Positions 11,561 to 24,664 are shown, counted from the stretch's first letter. The stretch is 36,273 nucleotides of DNA from Octopus bimaculoides (GCF_001194135.2 NC_069001.1:22223232-22259504); one strand, 5' to 3'. Program-made: numbers and translations. Notes: a model not told the origin generated them from the sequence alone.

Positions 11561-14526
11561 TTCAGAATGTCAGGACGGAGCCGCTTTGACTCCACAGGGA
11601 GTTGATGTTTTAAGCAGTCTGTGTGTGTGTGGGAGGGAGGTAAGTTTGTATGTATGCATGTAAGTATGGTGTTGAACAATGAGTTTTAGCTACAGCTATT
11701 TACAACTGACAACTTTAACACTTAATACCCTTTAGAAATATTTAACGCCATTGGCTAGATAACCTCATTTCTGAATGTTTATCCATATATATGCATCAAT
11801 GCAAATACACACACACACAAGCGCGCGCGCACACACACACACACACACATCGTATACATATCTATGTGTGTGATAGGACCCTACATGTTACGTATGTACC
11901 AGAGTGAACTGGATTGCTCGAGATTACTCGAGCAATCAGTAGAAAATTGATCCCTTTAGGTGTGTTTGGAATTTTAAATTATATCATCTAAAATATAAAA
12001 AGGTTTTAGTTTTTAGATTTTAATAACACATTCAGAGAGTTTTTGTATACTAATTGCATGGATAATCATCGTTAATTGAAGTTTTACTACTTAATATACT
12101 ATGTGAGACCCTACTACAAGCAGAACGTTCCCGTGAAGTACTTTTCCTTTAGATATATTGTGTATGTGTGTGTTCATATACATGTACACACACACCTACA
12201 CACATACACACATACACACACACTCACACTCACAGATATGTTTGCTTATGTGTGATTTATGTATGTGCCTGTGTATCTCTATAAGTGATTGCTCACTTTT
12301 CTGAAGCAAATATATTTTATATTATTTCACATTTTCGCAAACAAAAGGGGAACATTTTTATGCAGTTCATTGGTTTCCAAAGAGGTTTATTTTAACGATA
12401 TATTTTTTAGTTTTTTTTTTTTCAGTATTATTTTCTAACAACTATTTCTTGAATAATTAGCCAACAGTACATAGCTCATTGATATTCTACTGGAAGAATT
12501 AATTGCATTAAATAAGCATAATTTTTAAGTAATTCTGCTGTAACGAAAGCTAAAAACATGAAAGAATTCTTTTTTTAGTTGAAAGTGAAAGTGAGTCTGT
12601 CCATGATCGACTGACTTTTCTCTCTCTTCCTGCCAATTCACCAGGTTCTTTTAGTTTTCTGCTTCACCTGATAGCTTTTGAATTCTCACATTCTTCTCAT
12701 TTTGGTTCCAGATTTTTTTATTTATTCATTTAATTAGTTGTTGTTTTTTTTTTAGTTGCTTCTCAATTCACAATCTTATACATTATAAAAGGTTTTGTGG
12801 CATAAATTTTCTAACTTGCCAACTAAAGTTCTTTTCAGAAAGTTTAAACTGTTTTAAAGGCTGAAACTAGTAAAAAGAAGTCACATGTACAGTCGTGTAA
12901 GCAGATATGAAAAGAAAATATTTAGAACCAATGTTATATTGTATTTATTTTATTATATCATTTTATTAGTTTTTAAATTTTTGCAATTAACAGGATATTG
13001 TTAAGTGGCATACATTTCTCCACCCTAATTATTACTTGTCTCAAAAAATTGACTATGGTAAAAAAAAAATGTTAAGAATTACATATTAAGCATAAATATC
13101 AGACTAAATTTCGGCTAATAAAGATAATTAGGAAACTACATAAGGAATATTGTATATGTTTATTGTTGGTAAGTATTTAGCGACTACAATAATAGGATGC
13201 TATCAAATCATTATCCCGCCCAAGAGAATTAGAAAATTAATTGGTTTGAGGTGGAGAAGTAGATGATAGAACAGTTATAGGTAAGAAGTGTGGAAATAGT
13301 ATTACAAGGGAGGAATATTTGGCAGAATAATACAATCATTAAAGGAAATTTAACAATTTGGCAAATTACAGAAAGAAACTCAACCCATGAAAGTAGATGG
13401 AGGTTTTTGTGCGTGTTGGATATGTGTGTGTGAGTGTGTATTTATTAAAACTAACTTATAAACTATCAGTTTCCATATCTATTCATGAAAATTATGCACA
13501 AACACAAAAATAGGAACTGAATATTTAAGATGCTGGAATAGTGACAAGAGGGGGTCATGCATATAAACTTTGTCCTTGGCATCATTGCTGTATGTCATAG
13601 TAAAAACACATTACTTGGCTATTGTTTATATCTGAATTATACATACTACTGTAAATTCAGTAGTAAGCAGTTTTTATTATGAAGCAGATTTAGCTGTGAA
13701 AAAATACGCTACAACAAATTGTTCACATGCTATTAGTCACTATAAGCACAATTATGACGCTGAAATGAGAAAGAAAAGAGAAGTGGCAGAAGAAATTATC
13801 TTGGGTTGGTCTGGGTAGAATAGTTGCATTAAAGCAGTAGAAACGATTTATAGTGTTTAATATGAGAATATGAAAGGTCATGTGACTTGTATAATTAGTA
13901 ACGTGTTCACCTAACAATTATTAGATACGTAGCTTATACGCTTTTTTGCATCAAACTGGAGTAGTTGTATAAGCATTGAACGGAATAGCTTTCATTATTC
14001 TAGTTCCTCGCTTTCTGAGTTCAATTCGCACTGAGGTTAATTTCTCTTTCTTACGTTGGTCCAGGTAACCTTAGAGTCAGACAAGATGCCGTGCGCTCTT
14101 TTTTCACTGCTTTGCGTTTTATCGTTAATTTCTGTCGTGGCTAATTTGCGTAGTAGGTTTTAACCGTCACCCATTTTAACGCAACCGCTTCAAACCAAGT
14201 CTTTGGGTTGGCGATAGTTTTTCCCTTCTTTTCGCCTCAAAATCGGAAGCTCTGAAACGTGTCATGAGCGCTATGTTTCCTTTTGACTAAATAATTAAAA
14301 ATAGCATTTTACATTAAAATCTTCACGATTTAACTCTAATCTATGAAGAGTTCTACATTTTCACAATAATCTTCTCTACAGTAATATTTAAAACAATTTA
14401 AAATAAGAGAAATCTGAGGTACATACAAAAATAAATTCTCAGACAATACATAAATAACATAAGTAGGCGCAAGCGTAGCTTTGTGATAAGAAGCTTGCTG
14501 GGATTTTTTGATAACGGCTTTTGATA

Positions 14527-14590
14527 AGCTTGCTGGGACAGTGTGGTTGGAAAGCAAGCTTTTATACCACACAGCCATGCCAGCGCCTAC
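14527..14590 (-). mobile_element. SINE family 1 5' head fragment
   Basis: gtgtggttggaaagcaagcttttataccacacagccatgccagcgcct matches 1126-1172. Confidence 0.7.
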
Positions 14591-15359
14591 ATATTGTGTT
14601 TTGTTTTCATTAGTTGAATAATAAATACAATATCTCTGGATAATAACCTGAAGTTTGAATGTATTTGGTTTTGGGTTTGATTGGACAGAAATGATTTCAG
14701 GAACAAACAACAACTGCAACGGTAATTTGGTGCCCCTATAGCATGCAAGCTACTGTAGTGCTCTTAATTTTTGGTACTAGAATATCAATTCCATCTCGCC
14801 TCACATGACCTCACTATCCAGCTAGAAAAATCAGTCTTACTGTGATTGGACAAATTTATATATTTTGATCGTGCAATGTGTGTTTATACAATGGATATTA
14901 ATAATTGCATTGCAAGATTTTTTTTATCATCCAGTAACATAAATATTGCGTTCTAGCAAGAAAAGAAAAGTCTAGCAGGCCACATGTATTGTATAACTGG
15001 ATTAGTGGAGGGTATGTTTTATGGAAGTAGTGAAATTGTCATAGCAATAACTATAGACATTTGGGATTCTCTCCGTACTCAAAATTTTAGCTACAGGAGT
15101 CTGAGTCGGACATCAACTGCACCAATCTCAGAATCTTCGGAAGATCTGGAAATGTTATTTTTGTCCTGCATGATCTTTTTTTTTTCTTCATATGTATTCC
15201 AGTTCAATCAAATTAGGGATCTAGCCACAGAATGTTAGTGTGTTCAATATTAAATATGCTATTTGAAATATAATTCTCGGGCCAGGAACAGTATGATGTA
15301 CCATGCTAACTTTGAATTATAGTTACACATAATTTCCAAGTATCTAATTTTCCTGACAA

Positions 15360-15480
15360 GACATGGATCGCCCCGAGGCTATGACAAAAGCTAACTTGCT
15401 CAAGATAGCAAGTAACTGAAGTGAACTCGACACCTCATGATTGCAAAGTTTGTTTCGAAAACCCTCAACTATACCTGTTC
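15360..15480 (-). mobile_element. Degraded SINE family 1 head
   Basis: ccccgaggctatgacaaaagctaacttgctcaag..gtgaactcg resembles 1010-1120. Confidence 0.45.
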
Positions 15481-15559
15481 CATCTTTGGATTACATATAA
15501 ACGCATACAATTTTATAAACACGTGCCTCTTTAAATGGAAACAAAAACTAATTATAAAG

Positions 15560-15760
15560 ATAATATGAGTCTACAAGATAATTTATTTGAGAAACATCTG
15601 ACATCTATAATATTTTTCTGGAAGATCAACAAAAGAGTTGGTTTTCCTGTTTACAAGAATATATCAGTTAAATTTCCCTTAAAGCTACAATCAGATATTG
15701 AGGAATCAGGTGCAGGTCTTCGAGTAAGGATGAGTGTTATGATACTATTCAAATACTTAC
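15560..15760 (+). mobile_element. Possible hAT transposase remnant
   Basis: Frame-shifted reading IYNIF..STK.W.CLQEYIS.ISLK / KLQSDI(RW)ES loosely resembles the hAT IYxFFSxSTxRW...LKxxSxTRWES segment. Judged by eye only. Confidence 0.3.
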
Positions 15761-15962
15761 TATGGATGTAAACATTGTACCATGTAAATATGATAGGAAA
15801 AGGAACATTTTGATAATGCTTTGCAATTCTTATTGTAAAAAAATAACACCGAATCTGATAAAAGTGTTCGCTTCACAAACACACCTGTGTGTGTGCACTT
15901 CTAGGTGTGATCAATAAATTTTTTGCGGCAATTGTGTTTTGTTGAATACAGGCCTCTGGTAT

Positions 15963-16187
15963 TGGTTTCAAATTTTGGTACAAGACCAGAAATTTCAGGG
16001 GTGTTGGTAAGTCGATTACATCGACTCCACTGCTCAACCGGTACTTATTTTGTCGACACCAGGGGGGGGGGGGTTGAAAGACAAAGTCGACCCTTAACAG
16101 CATTCGAACTCAGAAAGTAGAGACAAACGAAATGGTGCAAGGCATTTTACCCGGCTTGCTAACGATTCTGCCAGCCTGCCCCGCCTT
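15963..16187 (-). mobile_element. SINE family 2, full length
   Basis: Reverse complement is aaggcggggcaggctggcagaatcgttagc...gagttcgaat...gtcgac...aataagtaccggttgagcagtggagtcgatgtaatcgac. Confidence 0.85.
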
Positions 16188-16514
16188 ACAAGTCTCTGAT
16201 ATTAAATAAAAGTATTAAACATTCATAGCATTCAAATTAATAGTTTCGGTTCTCTAAAACTATTAGATTTAATGGGTATATGTACGGATTGGCTACGTGT
16301 TTCTCTGGGATTGGACAAGTGATGTACACACCTCTGATAAGATCCTAACGAGAGTCGAAAACCTATTAAAGCTGATCATCATTTTATTCAATCAGTAGCG
16401 AAATAGGTAAATTTGATATGTTTGTAGGTCGACTACGTAGGCTTACATATACTAACTTTATACAAGATAAACCGGAAAAATATGTTTAACTACAATCAGC
16501 GAATGTGAAAATAA

Positions 16515-16725
16515 TGGTTTCATATGTTGGCACAAGACCAGCAGTTTTGAAGGAAGTGGGTAAGTCGATTACATCGACCTCAGTGTTTAACTGGTACTTA
16601 TTCTACCGACTCCGAAGGGGATGAAAGGCAAATTCAATCTCGGCGGAACTTGACCTCAGAACGTAAAAACGGACAAAATTCCGCTAGGCATTAGTCCGGC
16701 ATGCTAACTGCGAACTGGCCGCCTT
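16515..16725 (-). mobile_element. SINE family 2, full length
   Basis: Same head, ggagtcggtagaataagtaccagt module and gtcgatgtaatcgac hairpin. Confidence 0.85.
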
Positions 16726-17264
16726 TTCAGCATATGTGGAAAATAATACAATAGGTTTTCATGATCTAAATAGTGTAGAATATTTGTTACTAGCGGAATT
16801 AATAGTAAACCTATTGGGTTATTCCTGAAAACTTTATCCAAAAAAGCTGAAAGTGTGGCCTGTGTTGTGTCTGTATCAAAAGATAGTCGCTCATCTGTTA
16901 GTCATTGAAAAGTGAAGGAAACAGGAATACGATGATAACTTAATGCATTTTATATATACTTTATGCACAATGTTATAGACTTAATACACAACACTCATAG
17001 AATAAATATTCCCTCCTATTTTTTCCATTTTCCCCATGAACAGAAAAAATTACGCTTTAAAATATACATGGTCATAATTTCATATCTAGAAAACAAAAGT
17101 TTTAAGGTAAAAAATTATTTTATATTTAAAGCGCAGGGTCACAATTTCACGGGGGTAAACATTTAATGCAGAATGGTATATTTTGAAAACAACATCGTTG
17201 GTAACTTATAAGCCAAAGCGATGGGTCAGGGCCAGTACAGATTTCAATCTGCGTACACCTTACA

Positions 17265-17625
17265 CCACCACCACCACCACCACCACCACCACTATCACCA
17301 CCATCACCACCATCGTTATCTCTCTCTCTTTTTCTCTTTTTCTCTCTCTTTTTCCTTTCTCTCTCTCTGTTCCGTTTTTTAATCTCACCATCAGAACATT
17401 ATCCCTCTGCTAAAATTATATTCCTAAATCTCCTCTACATCACTACCTTCAACTAACTTTTTTAACCACGCAATAAATATTACGCTCCCACTACCACATG
17501 CCATGGGTGCTTCTTTCTCCGGCTTTTCTCTCTCCCTCTTTTTCTTTCTCTCTCCCTCTTTTTCTTTCTCTNNNNNNNNNNCCTCTTTTTCTCTCTCCCT
17601 CTTTTCTTTCTCCCTCTTTTTCTCT
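17265..17625. repeat. (CAC)n and CT-rich low-complexity tracts
   Basis: Visible at 17265-17350 and 17520-17625. Confidence 0.8.
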
Positions 17626-18859
17626 AATCACGTGAAAGTGTTACCGACAGGCTAAGTAACGTAATAAGTAGAATTATTATGAGATGCATTGAAGGGGAAA
17701 ATTTTGAAATTCTCAAGGAACATTTAGTTTAAATATCGGCAATTTGAAATTTGTTCTTTCGTTGTGATTGGTGAATGATGCTGAGCTTCTCTGTGAAGAA
17801 GAGGTCGGAGGAATTTTAATCTGTTCTCAGCTGCCTGTATCTTATAAGACACTGTCAGTAATGATGACAGCCTCTCCTTTTTCTTGCGATTCAAGATGCT
17901 CTTTGGATGTGTGGCAGTGTTTTTTTTTTCTAAGGGTAAAGTTGAAATGAGCATTTGAGTTGTGGTAGTAACTCTTAAAGAATGTTCTGTAAAACCAGTG
18001 CATCTTACTGAAATCTTCCTAAATAGCAACAACATTTCGGTAGCGATTGGTTGTTTTCTTCTGGTATTAGTGACTGAGAAAGCAAAGCTCTGTTTCGGTA
18101 GTACATGATGATTTCCCGCTCTAGTTATATAAAACAAATAGATATAAGGATATTGAATGTGCATAAACATTAATTGAAATTGTATTCATTGAATGAAAAT
18201 CTTGTGCAAACTTGATAGACGTTCTACTATTGGATAATGGCAATCCTTCGAATTTCTGAATCCATTTTCAGAGGGTTGTTCTTTTCAGCGAGAATGGTAT
18301 GATGTTTATTTCACAAGAATTCAGAAACTCTGAGAAATGAAAATATTTCGATTTTAAATGTAGAAGTCGAAGTAAATGAAGATATATATTATAACGTGTA
18401 GATACTGTGCTGAAAAAACATGGATAGAAAAAGTTGAAGGCTGTCCGTGGGACTCGAACATCTATAAACACGACAGATGTAAATGTGTGTGTGTGTATAA
18501 AATGTATATACTTACTGTTTATAATCATACCATATGTTACATATATATTAGATCATACCTTGATACTGTGTGGACTAAGATCTCTGTTGATAGGTCACTG
18601 GTATTTATAGAGTGTTAAACACTTTCGGTATGCAAATTGAGGACCCCTTCATAGAGTAACTGCTGCATTTGTTGAGTATATAAACAGCTTGGCTGATTGT
18701 TTCGCTCGAGACTATTAGAATGATGTAGATTCCTGTGATGGGAACCCAATAAGGTTCGAAAATCGATTAAGGCTATTCATCATTTTTTTCGGTTTACGGA
18801 GAAATGGCTAAAATTTACCCTGTTTATAATTACACCATGTGTTGCACACACACACGCAC

Positions 18860-18894
<35 letters not shown>

Positions 18895-19714
18895 AACAGA
18901 CAGACAGCCAAACAAACAAAGGGATAGATAGATCTTGATTTGCTACAGTAGCGAGTTTAATACTAGCAGAAAGCTAACGAAAGAAAAACTATATTGTCTT
19001 TTTATGTTACTTTATCTTTTTAAGAATTGCTCCTAGTTAGAGAGACTATTAATTTTGCATCCAAGAGAGTAAAAAAGTATTTGTTGACACATTTCTGTCC
19101 TGTTCTGATTCAGCTAAATGAAAAATAACAATAAAATCTTTGAACAGCTGTAGCAGAAAATAAATAAATAATATTCCCTCATTAATCAACTGATAGTTAA
19201 AGAGTTTAGCACAATTCAGTGTTCACCAACATCATTTTAACCTTTAACATAATAAAAAGAAAAGAATGGTTTCGTGAAACGGCAATACATAAATTTCAGA
19301 ATTGTATGTCTGCTAATTTAGATATATATGGATTGTTAATGAGCGCTATTTGGTTGAGATCGATGAAACACTGCTTCTAATTAAGTCACATATATTCACT
19401 TGCATGATTTGCTAATCTCATTAACCTGTGTTATGACATTTGCCAAACCATTGGGAAACTTTTTGAAGATTTTTATGAATTTCAGCTGATTAGAATTTTC
19501 TAAAAATAACTTCATTACCACATTCCCTACGGTATGTGAGTGTGTCTGTGTCAGGTTTTGTATGTATGGTGATGTATAACGTAATAGATCCATACAAAGC
19601 TTACATACATAAATTTAGGCCACCCACTATTATCCTGTTCCTAATTAAATAAGGCTGCTTTGAATGGTGGAAATACATAATAATAAAAATCATTGTTTCT
19701 ACTGTAGGTAGAAT

Positions 19715-19827
19715 ACATGAAATTTGTGGTGAGTGTACTATCAAATTGCATCGATCTCAGTGCTCAACTGGCACTCATTTTATCGACCCCGAAAGGATAA
19801 AAGCAAAGTTGACTTTGACGAAATTTG
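19715..19827 (-). mobile_element. SINE family 2, 3' fragment
   Basis: catcgatctcagtgctcaactggcactcattttatcgaccccgaaagg matches other copies. Confidence 0.75.
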
Positions 19828-20002
19828 TGTAGATAAGCAAGAATAATATAGGAATATACGTAATCTATCAGCTGACTTGAAACATGAACTCATCTTTATT
19901 ATACTGTTTAATTGACGTAACCCATGAAAATCTGGCCACTAAATAAATGACACAAAACATAAATTTATAAAATACTTTAGCTCATGGATGATTTCTTTAT
20001 AT

Positions 20003-20246
20003 CAGTGATTCGCACCCTGGGTCCACAGAAGATTTCGGTGTTAAAATTCATGTACAATAAATTGGTTATACTTCTACAATATACAAAATATTTCAACAAT
20101 TTTTTATACAATTCCCAATAATATTTAATTATAAAAATATAATGGGATTTTTAAAAAATATTGAATGTTGAATGAGCATGAGGGGGGTCAGTGGAGGAAA
20201 GCAGGAATCAAAGGGGTCCATAAGCAAAAAATGGTTGAGAACACTG
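20003..20246 (-). mobile_element. hAT (Charlie-like) MITE, copy 2, with both TIRs and a decayed 8-bp TSD
   Basis: Ends are CAGTGATTCGCACC ... GGTTGAGAACACTG. Flanks are CTTTATAT (19995-20002) and CTTTAGAC (20247-20254), 6/8 identical. Confidence 0.8.
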
Positions 20247-20289
20247 CTTTAGACAATTGTTACACATAAACCACAATAACTGATTAGCT

Positions 20290-20690
20290 GGTCAGGAAGT
20301 GCGTTTACGTTTTGTTTTTCATTGGCGATTCCGAGTGTTTCTACTCCATACTCTGCCTTTTGGATTCTGTCTCAAAGCTACGGACACAGGTCTCACCTCC
20401 TGCGTCTATTCTAAAAACAAAACAAAAAAACACTTCGCCTTCATCGTTGTAGAGGTTGAGTAGGCGTTGAGGGATCTTCATACGATTGCGCTCGGTGAGC
20501 GTTTTGGCAAACGTCTAACACAGACCTTACGGAAGTGAAGCTTTTCGTGGACTAGTTCGTATACAGAACCTTGACAAACTTCCGGAAACATGCCACCTCG
20601 TCGATTGTTACTCTTCGGTTCGCCAAAACTATCTCTCGAGCCTGTTGAATCTTCACGTCAATGGTGGAGGTTGATGGGTGTACTGCCAAC
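20290..20690 (-). mobile_element. Mariner transposase fragment (irritans/Hsmar2-like), inactivated
   Basis: Minus strand reads PSTSTIDVKIQQAREIVLANRRVTIDEVAC / QGSVYELVHEKLHFRKVCVRRLPK / LTERNRMKIPQRLLNLYNDEGEVF / RIDAGGETCVRSFETESKRQSME*KH. These are decayed WVPxxL and IVTGDETW motifs. Confidence 0.85.
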
Positions 20691-21813
20691 TTATTTCCCT
20701 CAAATAATGGTCATTCCCTTTCTCACTATCCCAGCCATTAATTCTATACCCTTCATACAAACTAATACAATAGACTATCATTCACATACTACCTACGACA
20801 CCCTCCCCCCCTTCCTCCTCATTCCCACTTCTACTACTATAAATTTTTAGTATTATCCCCTCACTCTTAATATTTATTTTCTAATATCACTATTCCTTAT
20901 CTGAAAACCTTTCCCAATTTCCCCCTCTAATATGCTTAGCTCTCCGCAAAATCATTCCATCTTGAACGTTCTTTCTTTTAACACCTGAAACGTAAGGTCT
21001 TTTACCCGATCACGAAGGCTCGCCTCATCCTACGATGGAATCAATCTACGAACATTATTTTAGACCACCGACCACCCAGACAAAGCTGTTGGATTTGTGA
21101 CACTTTCCTTCAACCTCTTCAGTTCTTTATATCATTTCTATTCTATGTAAGTCAGACCTTTTTGTATATATACATATATACATCTTTACTATTTCATGTA
21201 TTTAATATACATTATATATTAATCTAACTTGCTTATCCCTACATTTACTTCTATACCTACTCAAGTTTAAATCTCTTGAGCAGCACTGCTAAGTGTACTC
21301 TATACGGAGAATATCTGATTCTCATCTATGAACAATATATATATATATATANNNNNNNNNNNNNNNNNNNNNNNNNNNNNNNNNNNNNNNNNNNNNNNNN
21401 NNNNNNNNNNNNNNNNNNNNNNNNNNNNNNNNNNNNNNNNNNNNNNNNNNNNNNNNNNNNNNNNNNNNNNNNNNNNNNNNNNNNNNNNNNNNNNNNNNNN
21501 NNNNNNNNNNNNNNNNNNNNNNNNNNNNNNNNNNNNNNNNNNNNNNNNNNNNNNNNNNNNNNNNNNNNNNNNNNNNNNNNNNNNNNNNNNNNNNNNNNNN
21601 NNNNNNNNNNNNNNNNNNNNNNNNNNNNNNNNNNNNNNNNNNNNNNNNNNNNNNNNNNNNNNNNNNNNNNNNNNNNNNNNNNNNNNNNNNNNNNNNNNNN
21701 NNNNNNNNNNNNNNNNNNNNNNNNNNNNNNNNNNNNNNNNNNNNNNNNNNNNNNNNNNNNNNNNNNNNNNNNNNNNNNNNNNNNNNNNNNNNNNNNNNNN
21801 NNNNNNNNNNNNN

Positions 21814-21853
21814 AGTGGATTTAGTAGACAGAAACTGAAAGAAGCCCGTCCTA

Positions 21854-21940
<87 letters not shown>

Positions 21941-22150
21941 TTGTGTGTGTGTGTCGTGTTTGTGTTTGTCCCCCACCATCATCTGACAACTGATGTTGGT
22001 ATGTTTACGTCCCTGTAACTTTGCGGTTCGGAAAAATACACCGATAGAATAAGTACTAGGCTTACAAATATAAAGTGCTGAGGTCGATTTGTTCGACTAA
22101 AGACGGTGCTGCAGCATGGCCGCAGTCAAATGACAAACAAGTAAAAGAAT
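21814..22150 (+). mobile_element. SINE family 1 (5' head lost in the gap) with an internal microsatellite
   Basis: agtggatttagtagacagaaactgaaagaagcccgtc-(TATC/TC/TA/TG)n-tgtttgtcccccacc...gcatggccgcagtcaaatgac..aagtaaaaga is the reverse complement of the 713-1000 layout. Confidence 0.85.
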
Positions 22151-22228
22151 ATATATATATATATATATACAGGTGAGAGAGTTGGTATGTCAAAGGACGT
22201 GGTTGGATGTATGAAAGATAAAAAAAGA

Positions 22229-22315
22229 CCATTTGTGCATCAAATCATTACTTGTGATGAGAAATGGATGCTCTTTGATAACAGCAGGAGTACAGAACAG
22301 TGATTAGATGCAGGA
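22229..22315 (+). mobile_element. Mariner transposase fragment (catalytic D1 region)
   Basis: PFVHQIITCDEKWMLFDNSRSTEQ*LD matches the mariner FLxRIVTxDEKW motif. Confidence 0.75.
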
Positions 22316-22384
22316 GAGTCGCTTATATATTATACATTATTTATTATATATCATTTATGTGTATGTTTATATTTGTATGTGTGC

Positions 22385-22575
22385 ATATGTAGTCTTCTGT
22401 GTGCGTGTACCCCACTGCTTGACAAACACTATAGTTTGTTTATGTCTCCGTAAAATAGCGGTTCGGGAAAAAGAACGTGATAGAATGAATGCCAGGCTAA
22501 CAAAAACATTATAAAGGTTGTTTTGTTTGAATAAATATGTCAAGGCGGTGCCCCGGCATGACCGCAGTCCAATGA
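22385..22575 (+). mobile_element. SINE family 1, degraded 3' half
   Basis: cccactgcttgacaa..tagcggttcggg..gatagaatgaat..aaggcggtgccccggcatgaccgcagtc. Confidence 0.7.
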
Positions 22576-22734
22576 TAGATTTAAAACTTCCAGTTTGATG
22601 TTACTAATACGATACATCGACTATCAACGGTAGAAACACTATACTCTTTAGTTGTTTCTCCAACTAAAATTACTAAATTCAGATAGAATGCCCAGATAAA
22701 CAAAGACAATTCACTTGCACAGCATATTTGTGAT

Positions 22735-22845
22735 GGCTTCCGTCGACCAAATCCACTCACAAGGCTTTGGTCGATCTGAGGCTATAGTAGAAGACACTTT
22801 CCCAAGTTATCACGCAGTAGGACTGAACCCAGAACCATGTTCGTT
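22735..22845 (-). mobile_element. SINE family 1 head/core fragment
   Basis: ccaaatccactcacaaggctttggtcgatctgaggctatagtagaagacac..gactgaacccagaaccatgt is nearly identical to 983-1130. Confidence 0.85.
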
Positions 22846-23652
22846 ATGAATATCAGCGATATGGTTAAAGCGAAACCACTTCACGGAAATGTTGTTCTAC
22901 GTAGTAAGTAAATACAAAAGCACCCATGAGCAAGATTGAAAAATATAGACAATATAATATCGAATGAATTTGGTGTTCAAAACCGCTTGTTGAATGCAAC
23001 AGACATTTTTCAGCTTTATTAGACCGTTTAACGAAACATGTTCCACAATGTCGGCAAAACTAAATGAAACTGCCCAGACACACATTTTCTTTATTCTACA
23101 AGTATTACTATTGTTGTAAATACTGCGACTAATGTATTTTAAAACTGTATATATATTTCCAATTAACATATACAAAGCTTGTTCGACAGATAACTGAATT
23201 CATTCACAAACGTGCATTGATACAAGTATATGTGTGCGTGTTCATAATTGTACCTCTTTGTGTATATATATGTAAAGTGTAACAGTATATACATATATAC
23301 ATGCATACATGCATATATACATACATACATACATACATACATACATAATACATACATACATACATGTGTGTATGTATGTAGGTGGTGTTTGCATCAAAGA
23401 ATGTTTAGAGATTGTTATATATAGTTAGATTTTGTCGTAAACTAAAATATCAACAATCAATTCACATCGTATTCAGCCAAGATAGATCTGTTTATTTGCA
23501 GTATCATTTATGTAAATTGCGTTCTTACACATATACTACCAAGTGATTGCATCACTACAGGTCAATCACAAATCAATAACATTTTGCCATTTAAACTAAA
23601 CAGTTAGTTAGAGAGCATATCAATGTAGTTATCTCTCCCCCCTCTCTCTCTC

Positions 23653-23690
<38 letters not shown>

Positions 23691-24664
23691 NNNNNNNNNN
23701 NNNNNNNNNNNNNNNNNNNNNNNNNNNNNNNNNNNNNNNNNNNNNNNNNNNNNNNNNNNNNNNNNNNNNNNNNNNNNNNNNNNNNNNNNNNNNNNNNNNN
23801 NNNNNNNNNNNNNNNNNNNNNNNNNNNNNNNNNNNNNNNNNNNNNNNNNNNNNNNNNNNNNNNNNNNNNNNNNNNNNNNNNNNNNNNNNNNNNNNNNNNN
23901 NNNNNNNNNNNNNNNNNNNNNNNNNNNNNNNNNNNNNNNNNNNNNNNNNNNNNNNNNNNNNNNNNNNNNNNNNNNNNNNNNNNNNNNNNNNNNNNNNNNN
24001 NNNNNNNNNNNNNNNNNNNNNNNNNNNNNNNNNNNNNNNNNNATAGATAGATAGATCAATCTATCTATTTTTGTATAGCAGAATATGTAGTGAATACAGA
24101 GCTGCTGCTGTTTCTCTTATTTTGATTAATGAGGTAAGATGAAAAAAAATCTTGTGGATACGGGTTCAAACTGCGTTCAGAACTAATATGCTACAATTTT
24201 CTATAAATGTTGCTGCCATCACAAATGCTACGGAAAAGGAGAGAATTCCACATAGAATCATTTTGATTTAAGCAATCAAATAATATTCAATCTATACTAA
24301 TTTATTTCATCATATCTGTAGATCTTTAGGGCACTTATAGGACGGAAGAACTTTCAATGTAGTAACAAGCGAGAAGTTTCATGGCTTCTGTATTGACCGC
24401 AACTGAAATTCTCCTTGCATGAGAAATAACAAGTGCGCCAAACGATTTCTAAAGAGGTGAAATTGATCATCAGTAATACTGAAAATGGACCTAAAATATA
24501 GGTTCCCAGACGTTTTCTGAATAGTATGCAACTGACGAGAAATGATGGAGAATTTCTTACTGACCACCCCTAGTGACAAAGACAGTGAATGTAACTATCA
24601 ATTTAGGTTTCTGTAATTCAATAAAATTCATCAGGGATCTAACGTTGCAATATTTTTTCTGACC

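Noticed and set aside
14060-14290. CpG-richer segment (and 29400-29690) suspected to be a Tc1-like remnant or promoter
   Set aside because: No diagnostic motif could be read in any frame, so I left it unannotated.
17724-18170. 148-aa minus-strand ORF with a good acceptor at 17930 (…NRKKKERLSSLLTVSYKIQAAENRLKF…)
   Set aside because: I recognise no domain and found no compatible donor or upstream exon. Neighbouring splice-bounded segments (near 18330, 18713 and 19525 on -) contain stops or join only speculatively. Not supportable without RNA data.
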